Below are positions 50,506 to 60,772 of a stretch of DNA of 64,000 bases, in pieces. The translations under genes were made by a program, and so were the position numbers. Source of the DNA: Chitinophagales bacterium (lineage in GTDB: Bacteria; Bacteroidota; Bacteroidia; Chitinophagales; Saprospiraceae). Position 1 is the stretch's first letter. The number at the start of each line of letters is the position of its first letter. Where the stretch lies: the NCBI GenBank assembly GCA_022360175.1, contig JAKSDI010000289.1, forward strand, positions 1-64,000, given 5' to 3'. The notes under the pieces were generated by a model, which made no database searches, was not told the DNA's origin, and worked only from the letters and a program-made list of their open reading frames with translations.

Positions 50506-52170
50506 TCAATCCTCCCATGAATTTATCAGATTTTCATCTTTGTCATATTGTTCTGTTAATTTCGCCATCGAATGGCCACATTGATTCATCAGGTCTCTTT
50601 TTTCCGTTGGATAATACTTTTTCTTGTATCCCCCACCCTTTTCATATTCAGTCCAGACACCAATTTTGTATCCGTTCCAATATTTTCCCTCGGCAGATTT
50701 CTCTTTCGTTCTATAATTGTATTGAACAAAATGCCCGTTTAGGAATCCATTATCAACATAGCTACTTTTCCCATTTTTATCGACTGTGAATTCTCTCGAA
50801 TTAACATATCTTGATTCTTTTCTTATCGAACCATCCTCATTGAAGAAAATACTCATTCCATTCAATCTCCCATTTTCATAATTTTCAATGCTTCTTATCG
50901 TGTTGTCTTCATTAAAAATGATTTTCTGTCCATGCATCAGATTGTTTAAGTAAGATGTAAATTCTATCCCGCCTGAGCTGTAAATATGTGTTTTTGAAAT
51001 TCTTTCACCATTTGAGTCATAGGCTTCTTCACTATTTAATTTACCATCATAGAAGTATTTCCAGATGCCAATTCTTTTTCCGTCAATATACCGTCCGCTC
51101 ACTTTGATACGGCCCTCCTCATCATAAATTAGAAATTGCTGTTCTTCCTCAGGTATTTCCGGGTAAGTTTTGGTGTCTACTAATACACCTTTCTTATCAA
51201 AAAATTTCCATTCACCGATCCTCGCCCCTCTAAAATAGTTGCCCTCTGCCAAAGGTGAATACTTACTCGAATCTCTGGCGAGTTTATTAAAGTAATATCC
51301 ATGCTGGTATCCAATCCCATCGTATTTCTTACTATTGTAATCTAACACCTCCCAAGAATACTCCTTCAATTTAATCCCTGATGAATCGAAATATGTTAAA
51401 GTCACTATTCTTTCTCTATCATTCTTGTATTCATATTTTTTTTGATATCGATCATATTCAATTATTTCAGGCAGGTTAAATTGGTATACCCTTTTTTCAA
51501 TGATAATATTCTGCTCATTGTCTTCATAATAAATATTGTATTTCCCATGAAGCATGCCATTTTTATAGGATATTTCACTTCTCTTAATTTCTTTTTCAAA
51601 TTCATCCTGCCTGCTGTAATGAATCCAATTACCATCAGGTATGCCCGATTTAAAATTCCCTCTTGCTATTAATTTGCTACCTCCTTTAATTTCTTTACTG
51701 CCTGAATATTTACTATTCCTGATAGCTTCATATTCTTCTAAAACCTCAATGTAAATTTTGCCTAGAGGGTTTATAGACCTCTCGCACTTACTACTATTGC
51801 CTTTATTGATTTTGGTAGACAAAAAGTCACAAACAGTTGCTCCATAATGTAAACTATCTTTAGTGGTACTAAAAATCAACCATTCAGATTTCGGATATAG
51901 TTTTTGCCCTCCAGCTGTTGTACCTCCGCCTGTATGTATATATATTGTATCGTTTGGCCTTCCTATGTATCTCTTTTTTACAACTGCAATACTTTCGTAA
52001 CTAATACCTCTTATGTATGTCTGCAATATTTCGCATGTGAAGATATGATGATTCTTTGGGTCATGATTGAGCAATTCCGTAATTGAAAAATATTCACCAT
52101 GACAAGACCCAAACAAATTTATTGAGTTTGTCAAAGCAATTATTATCAATATGTATTCACTGATCTTCAT
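50506..52170 (-). CDS. MORN-repeat (YwqK-like repeat) lipoprotein
   Basis: Lipobox LFGSC. At least 8 degenerate repeats of the GxWxxYxxNGxLxxEGxYxNGxKxGxW type. Confidence 0.65.
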   Translation of the reverse strand: MKISEYILIIIALTNSINLFGSCHGEYFSITELLNHDPKNHHIFTCEILQTYIRGISYESIAVVKKRYIGRPNDTIYIHTGGGTTAGGQKLYPKSEWLIFSTTKDSLHYGATVCDFLSTKINKGNSSKCERSINPLGKIYIEVLEEYEAIRNSKYSGSKEIKGGSKLIARGNFKSGIPDGNWIHYSRQDEFEKEIKRSEISYKNGMLHGKYNIYYEDNEQNIIIEKRVYQFNLPEIIEYDRYQKKYEYKNDRERIVTLTYFDSSGIKLKEYSWEVLDYNSKKYDGIGYQHGYYFNKLARDSSKYSPLAEGNYFRGARIGEWKFFDKKGVLVDTKTYPEIPEEEQQFLIYDEEGRIKVSGRYIDGKRIGIWKYFYDGKLNSEEAYDSNGERISKTHIYSSGGIEFTSYLNNLMHGQKIIFNEDNTIRSIENYENGRLNGMSIFFNEDGSIRKESRYVNSREFTVDKNGKSSYVDNGFLNGHFVQYNYRTKEKSAEGKYWNGYKIGVWTEYEKGGGYKKKYYPTEKRDLMNQCGHSMAKLTEQYDKDENLINSWED

Positions 52171-52280
52171 ATACTTTTTTATGCTTGTTCATTCTTTTCC
52201 CTGATTGATTATACCCCTAAATGTTTGGATTGTAACTTTGGTTTGTACAGTTGATCTAAGCAGCTATAATCGCATACATA

Positions 52281-53378
52281 TTATTCTATAAGTTTATGTT
52301 TTTTCAACCATTCTTCCATCGTTTCATAATAATTATCACAAGCTTGCCATTTTAAAGCTGATAAATCTTCATGCCATCCACAGGTGACACACTTTTGCAA
52401 ATTATGATTGCAGTTTTCAAATACCTTTACCGTTAATTCGGACATAGGATTCCTATCAATCGTTTCTTCGTACAACTTTTTTGTTTTACGCCAATCAACC
52501 TGCGAATCATTTGCTCCAAACAATGCTAAAACTGGACAATTTATATTTAGTAATATTTTGTCAAAATCATCCAGGTAAACCCACAGGCCGCTTTGGGTAT
52601 CAAAATACCCTTTGCTTGTATACAGTCTCCGATTTTCTAGATATTTTTTTCTATCCTTTCGGTTAGGCTTGGAATGATTGGTGTATCCAAACAATTTCCG
52701 ACTAGTACTATCCTGCCTTAATGGTTGAATTGCATTTAGATATTTCTTGTAATTACCATGCAAGCTAAAAATTTTGTGCCCCAGCATCCAGGCCTCATAC
52801 AACTGATCCGCTTCTTCCTCCTTTTTTCCTGCAATTATTAAATTCGACTTCAGAAGGTAACCAAAGTTTTCCTTGTCATCTGTTCCACTGACGGAAATCC
52901 AAAAGTCAATTGGATATTGTTCATTGATTAATGGAACAATCCAACCTGCTCGGCTTATTCCCCAAAACCCGATCTTCTCATATCCGGAAATTTTCAACCT
53001 TTTGATTTCCTGGATTGCTGCTATTGCCTCATTGGCTGAGTTTTCCACAGGCTGTTGAGCATTAAATTCACCATCGCTATTACCACATCCCATTTTATCC
53101 CAAAAACATACGGTTAGCCCAGATGCAACTAATTTATCTCTTAGGGTAAAATACCAGTTGCCTTCAATAAAATCAGTCCTGCCATATCCAGGCATGATTA
53201 TTATAATTGCTTTAGATTCTTGATTTTTTGGTTTTTCAATCAATCCCCTTAATGTCTTATCCTCAAACTGAAATTCGAACGGTTCCGATGATGTTTGACT
53301 GAACACTTTTGGAGCTATCAATAGCAAAGTGACCATTAGAATTGTGGTAAAGGCTATTAATTTTCTCATCCTTAACAT
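52281..53378 (-). CDS. Exported alpha/beta-hydrolase
   Basis: Signal peptide. GFWGISRAGW nucleophile elbow. Lies 20 bp downstream of the MBL gene, suggesting an operon. Confidence 0.7.
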   Translation of the reverse strand: MLRMRKLIAFTTILMVTLLLIAPKVFSQTSSEPFEFQFEDKTLRGLIEKPKNQESKAIIIIMPGYGRTDFIEGNWYFTLRDKLVASGLTVCFWDKMGCGNSDGEFNAQQPVENSANEAIAAIQEIKRLKISGYEKIGFWGISRAGWIVPLINEQYPIDFWISVSGTDDKENFGYLLKSNLIIAGKKEEEADQLYEAWMLGHKIFSLHGNYKKYLNAIQPLRQDSTSRKLFGYTNHSKPNRKDRKKYLENRRLYTSKGYFDTQSGLWVYLDDFDKILLNINCPVLALFGANDSQVDWRKTKKLYEETIDRNPMSELTVKVFENCNHNLQKCVTCGWHEDLSALKWQACDNYYETMEEWLKKHKLIE

Positions 53379-53398
53379 ATAGTTCTTTTGTTTGCTAT

Positions 53399-54550
53399 TT
53401 ATTGTCTTTTAGCGATTTTATTTTCTGTTCCATCAAAATAAATTAATTCTTTATTCCCTTGTTTAAAAGTAATATGCCGATGAGGGGCGTGTCCTCTTAT
53501 ATGAAATTTTGTTTCCGAAAGTGGAATTAACTCGAACATAAATCCTCCGCTAAGTACAAATAGTTTCTTTCCAAGCAATACAATCTTATCCATTGTGTTG
53601 TCCGCATAAAGATAAGATCCTTCATAGGTTTTGATTTTATCCATTGGTACCGGAATGCCCACCACTAAATCTGAAGATATTGACCTTCCAATCGTCTGTT
53701 TTAACTGATTAATAGCAAAGTTTTTATTGTCATTAAATGCTTTGCCCAATTCTTTAATTTGATTATCATCAGCTATCTCATCAATGCTTTTGATTTGATT
53801 ATGTAGTTCTTTTATTCTGTTAATCCAGTTGTTTGAATTTTCTCTATAGTTTTTAAGTTCTTCGCGATTTGAGGATAGATCCCCATGACCAGCTATAAAA
53901 AGGGTATTATCATTTCCAAGGCTTAAAGCTTTATTAAGTATTTCAATATGAGCACTACCTCCCCCACCAAAATAAAAATGGGGTAAAGCATTGGTCATAT
54001 AAACATCCCCCATAAAAACCACATTATTTTTGGAGAAATAGATAATTACATCATCAATAGAATGGGACGGAACATGGAAAAATTCTATTGTTTCATTCCC
54101 CATTTTGATAGTGTATCTATCTTTAAAAGTAACATTTGTCTTCTCACTCGTAAATTTGGAATTTTCTTGCGAAACTATTATTGCTCCAATATCTGCAAAA
54201 AAAGAATTTGCCCCGCTATGGTCACTGTGGCTATGAGTATTGATTACGTATTTGATAGGCTTTTCAGAAAGTTCTTTTATTTTTTCCAATAAAGCTTGAT
54301 GGTTATTTACCCCTGCCATTGGGTCAACAAGTACAATTTCTTCATCACCAATAAAAACGCCAATATTTGTACGATAATTTTTTGATCTCAGAATATAGAA
54401 GTTATCGTTAATCTTTTGTTCAATAAAATTAGAAGTTTGTTTTGGTTCCGTTTTATCGGTACTTAATATGTTGATGTTTTTCTTTGTTTTTGCATCTGAG
54501 CAAGAACTGACAAAAAGCAAAGCCAAGGTTAATAATGTTATAAATTTCAT
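53399..54550 (-). CDS. MBL-fold metallo-hydrolase, lipoprotein
   Basis: HxHxDH motif (NTHSHSDHSG). Lipobox LLFVSSCS. The supplied ORF begins at a TTG 21 bp upstream, so I called the start at the ATG (MKFITLL). Confidence 0.75.
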   Translation of the reverse strand: MKFITLLTLALLFVSSCSDAKTKKNINILSTDKTEPKQTSNFIEQKINDNFYILRSKNYRTNIGVFIGDEEIVLVDPMAGVNNHQALLEKIKELSEKPIKYVINTHSHSDHSGANSFFADIGAIIVSQENSKFTSEKTNVTFKDRYTIKMGNETIEFFHVPSHSIDDVIIYFSKNNVVFMGDVYMTNALPHFYFGGGGSAHIEILNKALSLGNDNTLFIAGHGDLSSNREELKNYRENSNNWINRIKELHNQIKSIDEIADDNQIKELGKAFNDNKNFAINQLKQTIGRSISSDLVVGIPVPMDKIKTYEGSYLYADNTMDKIVLLGKKLFVLSGGFMFELIPLSETKFHIRGHAPHRHITFKQGNKELIYFDGTENKIAKRQ

Positions 54551-54562
54551 GAACTTAAGATT

Positions 54563-54735
54563 TTCAAACAATATACTCCCGTCACAATAAGATTACCAAA
54601 CTGTACATTTTGCAACAATGCCATACCTTCTCGGCGACTGAAGATCGCCGCGACAGTTGCTGCGTTAAAAATAAAACGTAAATTCTGTTTTATGAAAGAG
54701 TTTGATGCCTAAGAAGAGGTTGCTTAAATATATAG
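54563..54735 (-). promoter_or_regulatory. Family B upstream element, copy 2 (degenerate palindrome; hairpin and tail motif intact)
   Basis: Begins 13 bp upstream of the MBL ATG. In the coding direction it reads TTTG-gtaatcttattgtgacgggag-TATATTGtttg. Contains cggcga-ctgaaga-tcgccg. Confidence 0.6.
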
Positions 54736-54784
54736 TATCGCAGTCAGATTAGATGGCTTGTAGAGAGGCTACGACGAACAGTTT

Positions 54785-55747
54785 TCAATTTTTTTGAACC
54801 CAGTCAACCAACCTTTTATTGAAAAGTGTACTTTGCTCATATTGAGGGGTATGCCCACTTCTTTCAAATAAGGAAATTGTTAGGTGGGTTGACTCTTTAC
54901 ATTCCAGGTTCCAAAGGGTGGGAGGAGCGATGTAATCACTTTTCCCGGCAGCTACAAAAACAGGAATATCCAATTTTTCTTCCGGCGAACATAGATCGTA
55001 CGTTGGGATTACCTGGCCAAACAGGTGGTATAAAAAATCTAAATTATAGTTTACTCTCTTAAAAAATTGCGTGGCGTCTAAATGCTCATCGTGCCATCTT
55101 TTAGGACCAGAGGCTACCAAGCTTTTAATAAAAGCTTCACGAGGATTTAAAGTATCACTTTTTTCTTTTTCTAATTGCTTTTGCTTTTCATTATATAGTA
55201 ACTTCCTTTTTTCGGGCGCATTTTCCCAATATACTTTTACAGAGTCTGCATATGTGGTCGTCCCCCAGGTTCTAGGCGTTGCCATCATCACAACATGAGA
55301 AACGTATTCTGGATATTTTTTAGCATACTTGTGAGCTACTGCTCCTAACACAGAGTGCCCTCCAATTATAAACTTTTCAAGCCCTAAAACAGCTCTCAAA
55401 GTATCTATGTCTTTAAATAGATTATCAATATCATATTTTGAAAGATCAATTGGATTGTACTCCGTTGCATTAAACCTCATCTCTATAGAATACAACCGGA
55501 AATGATCCGGAAAGTCTTTTGAAAAGTATTCAGGATCTGACCCAATTAATAGAAAAGGAATCCCCTTTCCTTTAATGGAATAATTCAAGGTAGAACCATC
55601 AATAATAACACTTCCCGATTTGTCACTATCATCTGATAGTAGTTCTTTATGATCACTGTTGTTATTCTCGCAGGCTAAAATTGTGATCAGACAAATAGCA
55701 ACAATTTGACAAGTGATTTTCATATGATTGCTTATGCTACATAACAT
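54785..55747 (-). CDS. Alpha/beta-hydrolase, lipoprotein
   Basis: GGHSVLGAV nucleophile elbow. Lipobox-like N-terminus. Confidence 0.75.
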   Translation of the reverse strand: MLCSISNHMKITCQIVAICLITILACENNNSDHKELLSDDSDKSGSVIIDGSTLNYSIKGKGIPFLLIGSDPEYFSKDFPDHFRLYSIEMRFNATEYNPIDLSKYDIDNLFKDIDTLRAVLGLEKFIIGGHSVLGAVAHKYAKKYPEYVSHVVMMATPRTWGTTTYADSVKVYWENAPEKRKLLYNEKQKQLEKEKSDTLNPREAFIKSLVASGPKRWHDEHLDATQFFKRVNYNLDFLYHLFGQVIPTYDLCSPEEKLDIPVFVAAGKSDYIAPPTLWNLECKESTHLTISLFERSGHTPQYEQSTLFNKRLVDWVQKN

Positions 55748-55780
55748 TTGTATATCTTAATTATGTATACAATTATTACC

Positions 55781-55930
55781 CTTCAATATACTCCAATCTC
55801 AACAAGATTGCAAAACTGTTCATTTTACTACAATGCCATGCCTTCTCGGCGACTGAAGGCCGCCGCGACAGTGCTACCTTAGAAATACCTTTTGAGAAAA
55901 GACTTAATAATTAATGCTCTAGCAGAAAGA
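55781..55930 (-). promoter_or_regulatory. Family B upstream element, copy 3 (perfect palindrome)
   Basis: Begins 34 bp upstream of the ATG at 55747. In the coding direction it reads TTTTG-caatcttgttgagattggag-TATATTGaag, with the 6-bp arms CAATCT/AGATTG lying between -33 TTTG and -7 TAtaTTG. Confidence 0.65.
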
Positions 55931-56072
55931 GCACGACAAGCTTTTGCTGAGCATGGGTGTTTAATGCATTATTATAGCTCATTCTTTTTTTATTCATTAC
56001 CATGAAAAGTTTAGGACGGGATCCTTCTGGACCCCATCGCTTAGAGATACTAGGTTAGTGCCTCTAAGGTTC

Positions 56073-57170
56073 CTAAAATTCGTTTTGTAGGATGACTTCC
56101 ATAATTTGATTACGCTGCTCTCCTTTATCTTGCTCATTGCTCAATAGAATTATCAAGCCATTAGATTCTGGAACAAGTATCAAAAAACTGGTAAATCCAT
56201 CAATATCTCCGCCATGATGGTACACTAGCTGTTCTTCGATCTTAAGTGTGAACCAGCCAGCACCTGGGGTATTGACGCCTTCCTGGTCGTAAGCTGCGGC
56301 AAATACTACTTGCTTTTCTTCTTCTGTAAAGTAATTTCCAAGTAGCGCGTCTCCCCATTTTTCAAGATCTTCTATCGTACTTTCTAATTCTCCTGCACTA
56401 TAAGCAATTTGCATCTGGTAAGGGGCAACTTCCATCCCTTGATCGTATCCTTTTGCTCGCTCAGTACCAATGATTTCGTCTGGCCCCTTAGCCGTTTTTT
56501 TAAGGCCTAAAGGCTGGTATACTTTCTCCTGCAGGTATTCCTGATAAGACATATCAGTCAATTCTTCAATTAGTATTCCAAGGAGCAAGTAGTTAGAGTT
56601 TGAATAGGAGAAAAACTCTCCGGGAGTAAATGCCAAGCCGTCTTCTTCAACCGCTTCTACGATAATTTCAAAGATTTCTTCTGTCTCAATGTAGTAGTTG
56701 TTTTCCTCGACATATGCATCTACCGCACCCACATAATCAGGAATACCTGAATGATGGGTCATAAGATGTCTAATCGTAATTTGATCACCATATGGAAATT
56801 CCTCATCAAAATCACTAAGCGGTTGATCAAAACTTTCAATTAATCCATCTCTCTTTAGGTTGACCACTGCGGCAGCCGTAAATGATTTAGTCACCGATCC
56901 TATTCTGTAAATGAGTGAAGGCTTATTTTCTATCTTATTAGCTTTATCAGCCATTCCAAATCCCTTTCTTAGTATGTCTGTGCTGCCATTCCGTATTAGT
57001 ACACTTCCTGTAAAGCCAATATCTTCCAGGTAATCTTCTGCCGAAACGTAGTCGGAAACGGGATCTGGTAAGGTCATGCTGTCATCATCCGTGCATGCAC
57101 TCATAACTGCCACCAATAATATCATAATTGATAATCTGAATTTTTCCATAAGAGTTGTCATTATTTTCAA
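56073..57170 (-). CDS. Serine hydrolase (beta-lactamase family), lipoprotein
   Basis: SVTKSFTAAAV (SxxK). Lipobox VMSACTDD. Confidence 0.8.
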   Translation of the reverse strand: MKIMTTLMEKFRLSIMILLVAVMSACTDDDSMTLPDPVSDYVSAEDYLEDIGFTGSVLIRNGSTDILRKGFGMADKANKIENKPSLIYRIGSVTKSFTAAAVVNLKRDGLIESFDQPLSDFDEEFPYGDQITIRHLMTHHSGIPDYVGAVDAYVEENNYYIETEEIFEIIVEAVEEDGLAFTPGEFFSYSNSNYLLLGILIEELTDMSYQEYLQEKVYQPLGLKKTAKGPDEIIGTERAKGYDQGMEVAPYQMQIAYSAGELESTIEDLEKWGDALLGNYFTEEEKQVVFAAAYDQEGVNTPGAGWFTLKIEEQLVYHHGGDIDGFTSFLILVPESNGLIILLSNEQDKGEQRNQIMEVILQNEF

Positions 57171-57441
57171 GTTTTATAAATGAAATGATGACTCAAAATT
57201 CAGACTATTCAATGCTCCAATCATCCTGAATTATAATATGGAACGCAAGAATGTGATTCGGAACCTTTTCATAGTTTTATATTCTTTTAATGAGCTATTC
57301 ACCGTTTAGTACGGAGATAATCTTATGCTGACATTTGTAAAAGTTGTTATGAATAGATGATATAGCACCGTAGTCAAACCAAACGGCTTGTGGAAAGATT
57401 ACAACGATTGGCAAGACTACGACGAAGAGAACTTCAATTCA

Positions 57442-58578
57442 TTATTGGCCTATCACGTCCATTGCGATCACCATTCCAATTAATCCGCTTGTATTGTGGT
57501 CACCATCAACTTCAATAAGACGTATTGAATTACTCCTATTTTTCTCTTCCATTTGCAAATAGAATCTATTGAGAATATCGAAAGGAACATCTTCATCTAA
57601 ACGGCTGTGAATAAATGTCATAGAGATGCCTGACTTAAAAGATTTCACACTATGTTTTTTCAAATTCCTGGCTACTCTCCTGAAAAGCTTACTTTTTGGG
57701 CTCCTAAATTCCGATTGCAGAAACGCTTCAATTCGAGTTGGAATTTTTTCATTTAGCTCCTGAAGTCCGTCTCCGTTTATAAACTCACTTATAATTTGGT
57801 CATGGGGAGGTAGAAAAAAAGTGGATAAGCTTTTCTTCCAATAGTAATGATTATGAACTCCTAAAAGGTAGGGTATATAGCCTGCATGTAAAAATGTATC
57901 CTGCTGGATCACATACTGTAAATTTTCCACCAGATCAGTAGGCCCTCCTATCGATATTACATGTTGGATAGATACATTAAAATAATGGGCTTGCTTATGC
58001 TTTTCAGCAAAGGCCAGAGCGAGATGTCCGCCTTGGGAGAAGCCAATGATGTTTAACTCCCTTCTGCACTTAATACCTTGCTTTTTCAAAAAATCTAAGC
58101 CACTTTTTATGAAATCCTCCAAATGAATGAGCGAATTTTCCTTATCAAAATACGCTGGCATTTCTCCCATACTGCTTCCATAACCCAGGTAATCAGGTAA
58201 AAAAGTGATATACCCATTCAAGGAAGGGAGCGCTTCAATGTGTAAAGGAGCATTCCATGTAGAACTCACGTTTTGGTCAAACTGGGTTCCATGGCAAAAA
58301 ACGGTGATGCCAGGCTTTTCCTGATTGGTGGGTATTAATATACTGCCACTTAAAATCACTTTCCTGCCATTCATATAACTTTCATGGGTGATTCTATAAG
58401 CTCGAACTCCATTCCTGATATACTTAGCAAAGGGTTTATAAGCATCGTTTGATTGAATGATTGGCAGTATTTGTTCTCGAGAGAATTCGTAAAGATTCTG
58501 ATGGGTAGATGCTTCAGAAGTTTGTCCAAACGAAAACTGGACAATGAACATAAGACATAACAATACGGATAACTTCAT
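57442..58578 (-). CDS. Exported alpha/beta-hydrolase (lipase/esterase-like)
   Basis: GFSQGGHLAL (GxSxG). The signal peptide starts at the internal Met (MKLSVLLCLMFIVQFSFGQ). The ORF is open to 58638. Confidence 0.7.
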   Translation of the reverse strand: MKLSVLLCLMFIVQFSFGQTSEASTHQNLYEFSREQILPIIQSNDAYKPFAKYIRNGVRAYRITHESYMNGRKVILSGSILIPTNQEKPGITVFCHGTQFDQNVSSTWNAPLHIEALPSLNGYITFLPDYLGYGSSMGEMPAYFDKENSLIHLEDFIKSGLDFLKKQGIKCRRELNIIGFSQGGHLALAFAEKHKQAHYFNVSIQHVISIGGPTDLVENLQYVIQQDTFLHAGYIPYLLGVHNHYYWKKSLSTFFLPPHDQIISEFINGDGLQELNEKIPTRIEAFLQSEFRSPKSKLFRRVARNLKKHSVKSFKSGISMTFIHSRLDEDVPFDILNRFYLQMEEKNRSNSIRLIEVDGDHNTSGLIGMVIAMDVIGQ

Positions 58579-58647
58579 GGATAGTTCTTTTTGTTTTTGA
58601 ATAGAGGCAAACAAAAACATAAGAAGCCATGAAATCAACTCAATTAA

Positions 58648-59640
58648 TTATTTGAGACTCTTTTTGAGGTATTCCGATGGTGAAAAATTCGTGTGCTTCT
58701 TGAAAGCTCTCTGGAAAGTGGCCTTCGAACCGAAACCGCACTCCAGCCCTAGGGAGGAAATGGTTTTGGTTTCTAACTCGGATGTGCTCATTTTCAGGAG
58801 GCATTCTTTAATCCTGTAGCTATTGACCAGATCATTAAATTTTACACCTAATTTCTTGTTTAAGATAAAAGACAATTCATGAGTGCTGATTCCAAGCCTG
58901 GATGCCAGGTCCTCTCTTTTTAACTGGGGGTCCAAATACAGTTTCTCATTCTCAAGCAAGCTAATGAGTGATTTTTCCAAATCTTTATTTGCTCGATAAG
59001 CATAAGTAGAATTTCCAAACACTCTCGGTGATTGCAGGAAACTGAGCGTCAGATAATACACCAATACTCCCGCAATCCCATAAGCGCCTTTCCAAAGGAA
59101 ATTTCCAAGCTGATTGTTGTACAAATCAAAAAACCGGGCACCAAGTGCAGCCAACCAGCCAGCCAAAAAGATATAGGCAATGTACAAAAGTCTTTTCTCC
59201 GCTTTGCCTGAAGCACTATCTCGATAGAGGAAATAGATCAATAATACATTGTAGAAAATATTATAGGCAGCCATGAAAAACGACATAAAAAGTGCCCATC
59301 CCTGGGAAACTATAAATCCCGTTATTTCAATTCCCACAAGTAGCATCTTCAAAAAAACAAATGGAACTAAATGATAACCTATTGAGCCTTTCCATGAATC
59401 TCGCTTCAGTGATCGATAAAAGGCAAACAAAAGGGGCCCAAGAGCAAATAGATTTCCATGGTTAAGCAGGTGGATAATACTGTTCATCCATTCTAAATGA
59501 CTGATGCTATCAATGGCAATGATAAAACAGATGAGCGCTAAAATGCGATACCGAAAAGAGCCTTTAGTGTATAGAAATGTTGCAAGTAGAATTCCTTGTA
59601 GGCCAACTACTATGAAGATGACATACCCTACAGTTTGCAT
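58648..59640 (-). CDS. AraC-type HTH regulator fused to an N-terminal polytopic (about 6-7 TM) membrane domain
   Basis: Hydrophobic N-terminal 200 aa. C-terminal AraC HTH (LASRLGISTHELSFILNKK...SEY). Confidence 0.8.
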   Translation of the reverse strand: MQTVGYVIFIVVGLQGILLATFLYTKGSFRYRILALICFIIAIDSISHLEWMNSIIHLLNHGNLFALGPLLFAFYRSLKRDSWKGSIGYHLVPFVFLKMLLVGIEITGFIVSQGWALFMSFFMAAYNIFYNVLLIYFLYRDSASGKAEKRLLYIAYIFLAGWLAALGARFFDLYNNQLGNFLWKGAYGIAGVLVYYLTLSFLQSPRVFGNSTYAYRANKDLEKSLISLLENEKLYLDPQLKREDLASRLGISTHELSFILNKKLGVKFNDLVNSYRIKECLLKMSTSELETKTISSLGLECGFGSKATFQRAFKKHTNFSPSEYLKKSLK

Positions 59641-59765
59641 TTATTGACTGATTATTTTTTGCCTCAACATATCATTGTAGCTAAGCTCAAGCCTTGCCAG
59701 CTACCCACCAGCATGGCCTTTGAGCTTTTTATTGGTGGCAGTTTCATTTTTTACTACCTATTTTT

Positions 59766-60260
59766 CTAATCACGATAGCTATTTTGTCCTTTAGGTGTTA
59801 ATCCATTTGGTATTATAAGCAATATAGTGTCTATCAACCACCCAATTCCAAACAAACCAAAAGTAAAGATATAAAGTACCCCCATTCCTGTATAACCAAG
59901 ATAAAATCTATGGATACCTAAAAAACCAAAGAAAATACAAAGAATTAATGCAACTAGCTGCACCTTGCCACCTCTTCGTTTTTTAGATTTTTTGGCTATC
60001 TTATCCTGAGCTCTCTTCTGCTCTTTATTAAATTTTCTTTTCGCTATTTTCAGGAGAACTCTTTCTTTGAAATTTAACTTCCGGCCTAATTTTTCCTCCA
60101 AATTTACTCTGGAAAAATTATTCTCAACCTGGTTGTAGGTCAATTCTGTTTTTTGATCATTGTTTTTCACCCTTACAACGGCTTCACTTTTTGTAGGCAT
60201 TAAGCCTATGATCATTACAGATAAAAGAATTGGTAAGATTTGTCTAAATTTTTGACTCAT
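59766..60260 (-). CDS. TM2-domain membrane protein with a basic N-terminal region
   Basis: C-terminal TM2 signature [31 protein letters not shown]. Confidence 0.65.
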   Translation of the reverse strand: MSQKFRQILPILLSVMIIGLMPTKSEAVVRVKNNDQKTELTYNQVENNFSRVNLEEKLGRKLNFKERVLLKIAKRKFNKEQKRAQDKIAKKSKKRRGGKVQLVALILCIFFGFLGIHRFYLGYTGMGVLYIFTFGLFGIGWLIDTILLIIPNGLTPKGQNSYRD

Positions 60261-60772
60261 AATTTTTTATGATTTAATTACCATTGCTTTGTCTCAATAT
60301 TCTTTATTGAATGAATTCATTTGATTTATCCATTATCATATGTTTATAACCGATTATTAGAACTTACTCTTCTCCCACTGACAACTATGCTTGAATTTAA
60401 TCTTTAGTCCAACAAAATTACAAAGCAAGACCATTCATCATAATACTAATATTTTTATTGCTAGCTGAAGATTACTGCAATAATTTTTATGCTTAAAGTT
60501 AGAACCTATACTACTACCTTAGATGGAACAACGGAGGTGAAAGTATTTTAGAGTTTTCAGTTATTAAACACAACCTTATAAAATTCCTTCTACTCATTGT
60601 AAGTTCTGATAAGCATGTAGCATCGTAGCCGGATCAGACAATTCGTAGAGAAGCCATAATGAACGAAGATTATCACGAAGAGAAGTTATTTGCGCCTGAG
60701 TCCAACCTGAGAATACATCTTTCCTTTTTTATCGAAATATAAATCTAACTTGTGTTACGTGATAATAGAAGT

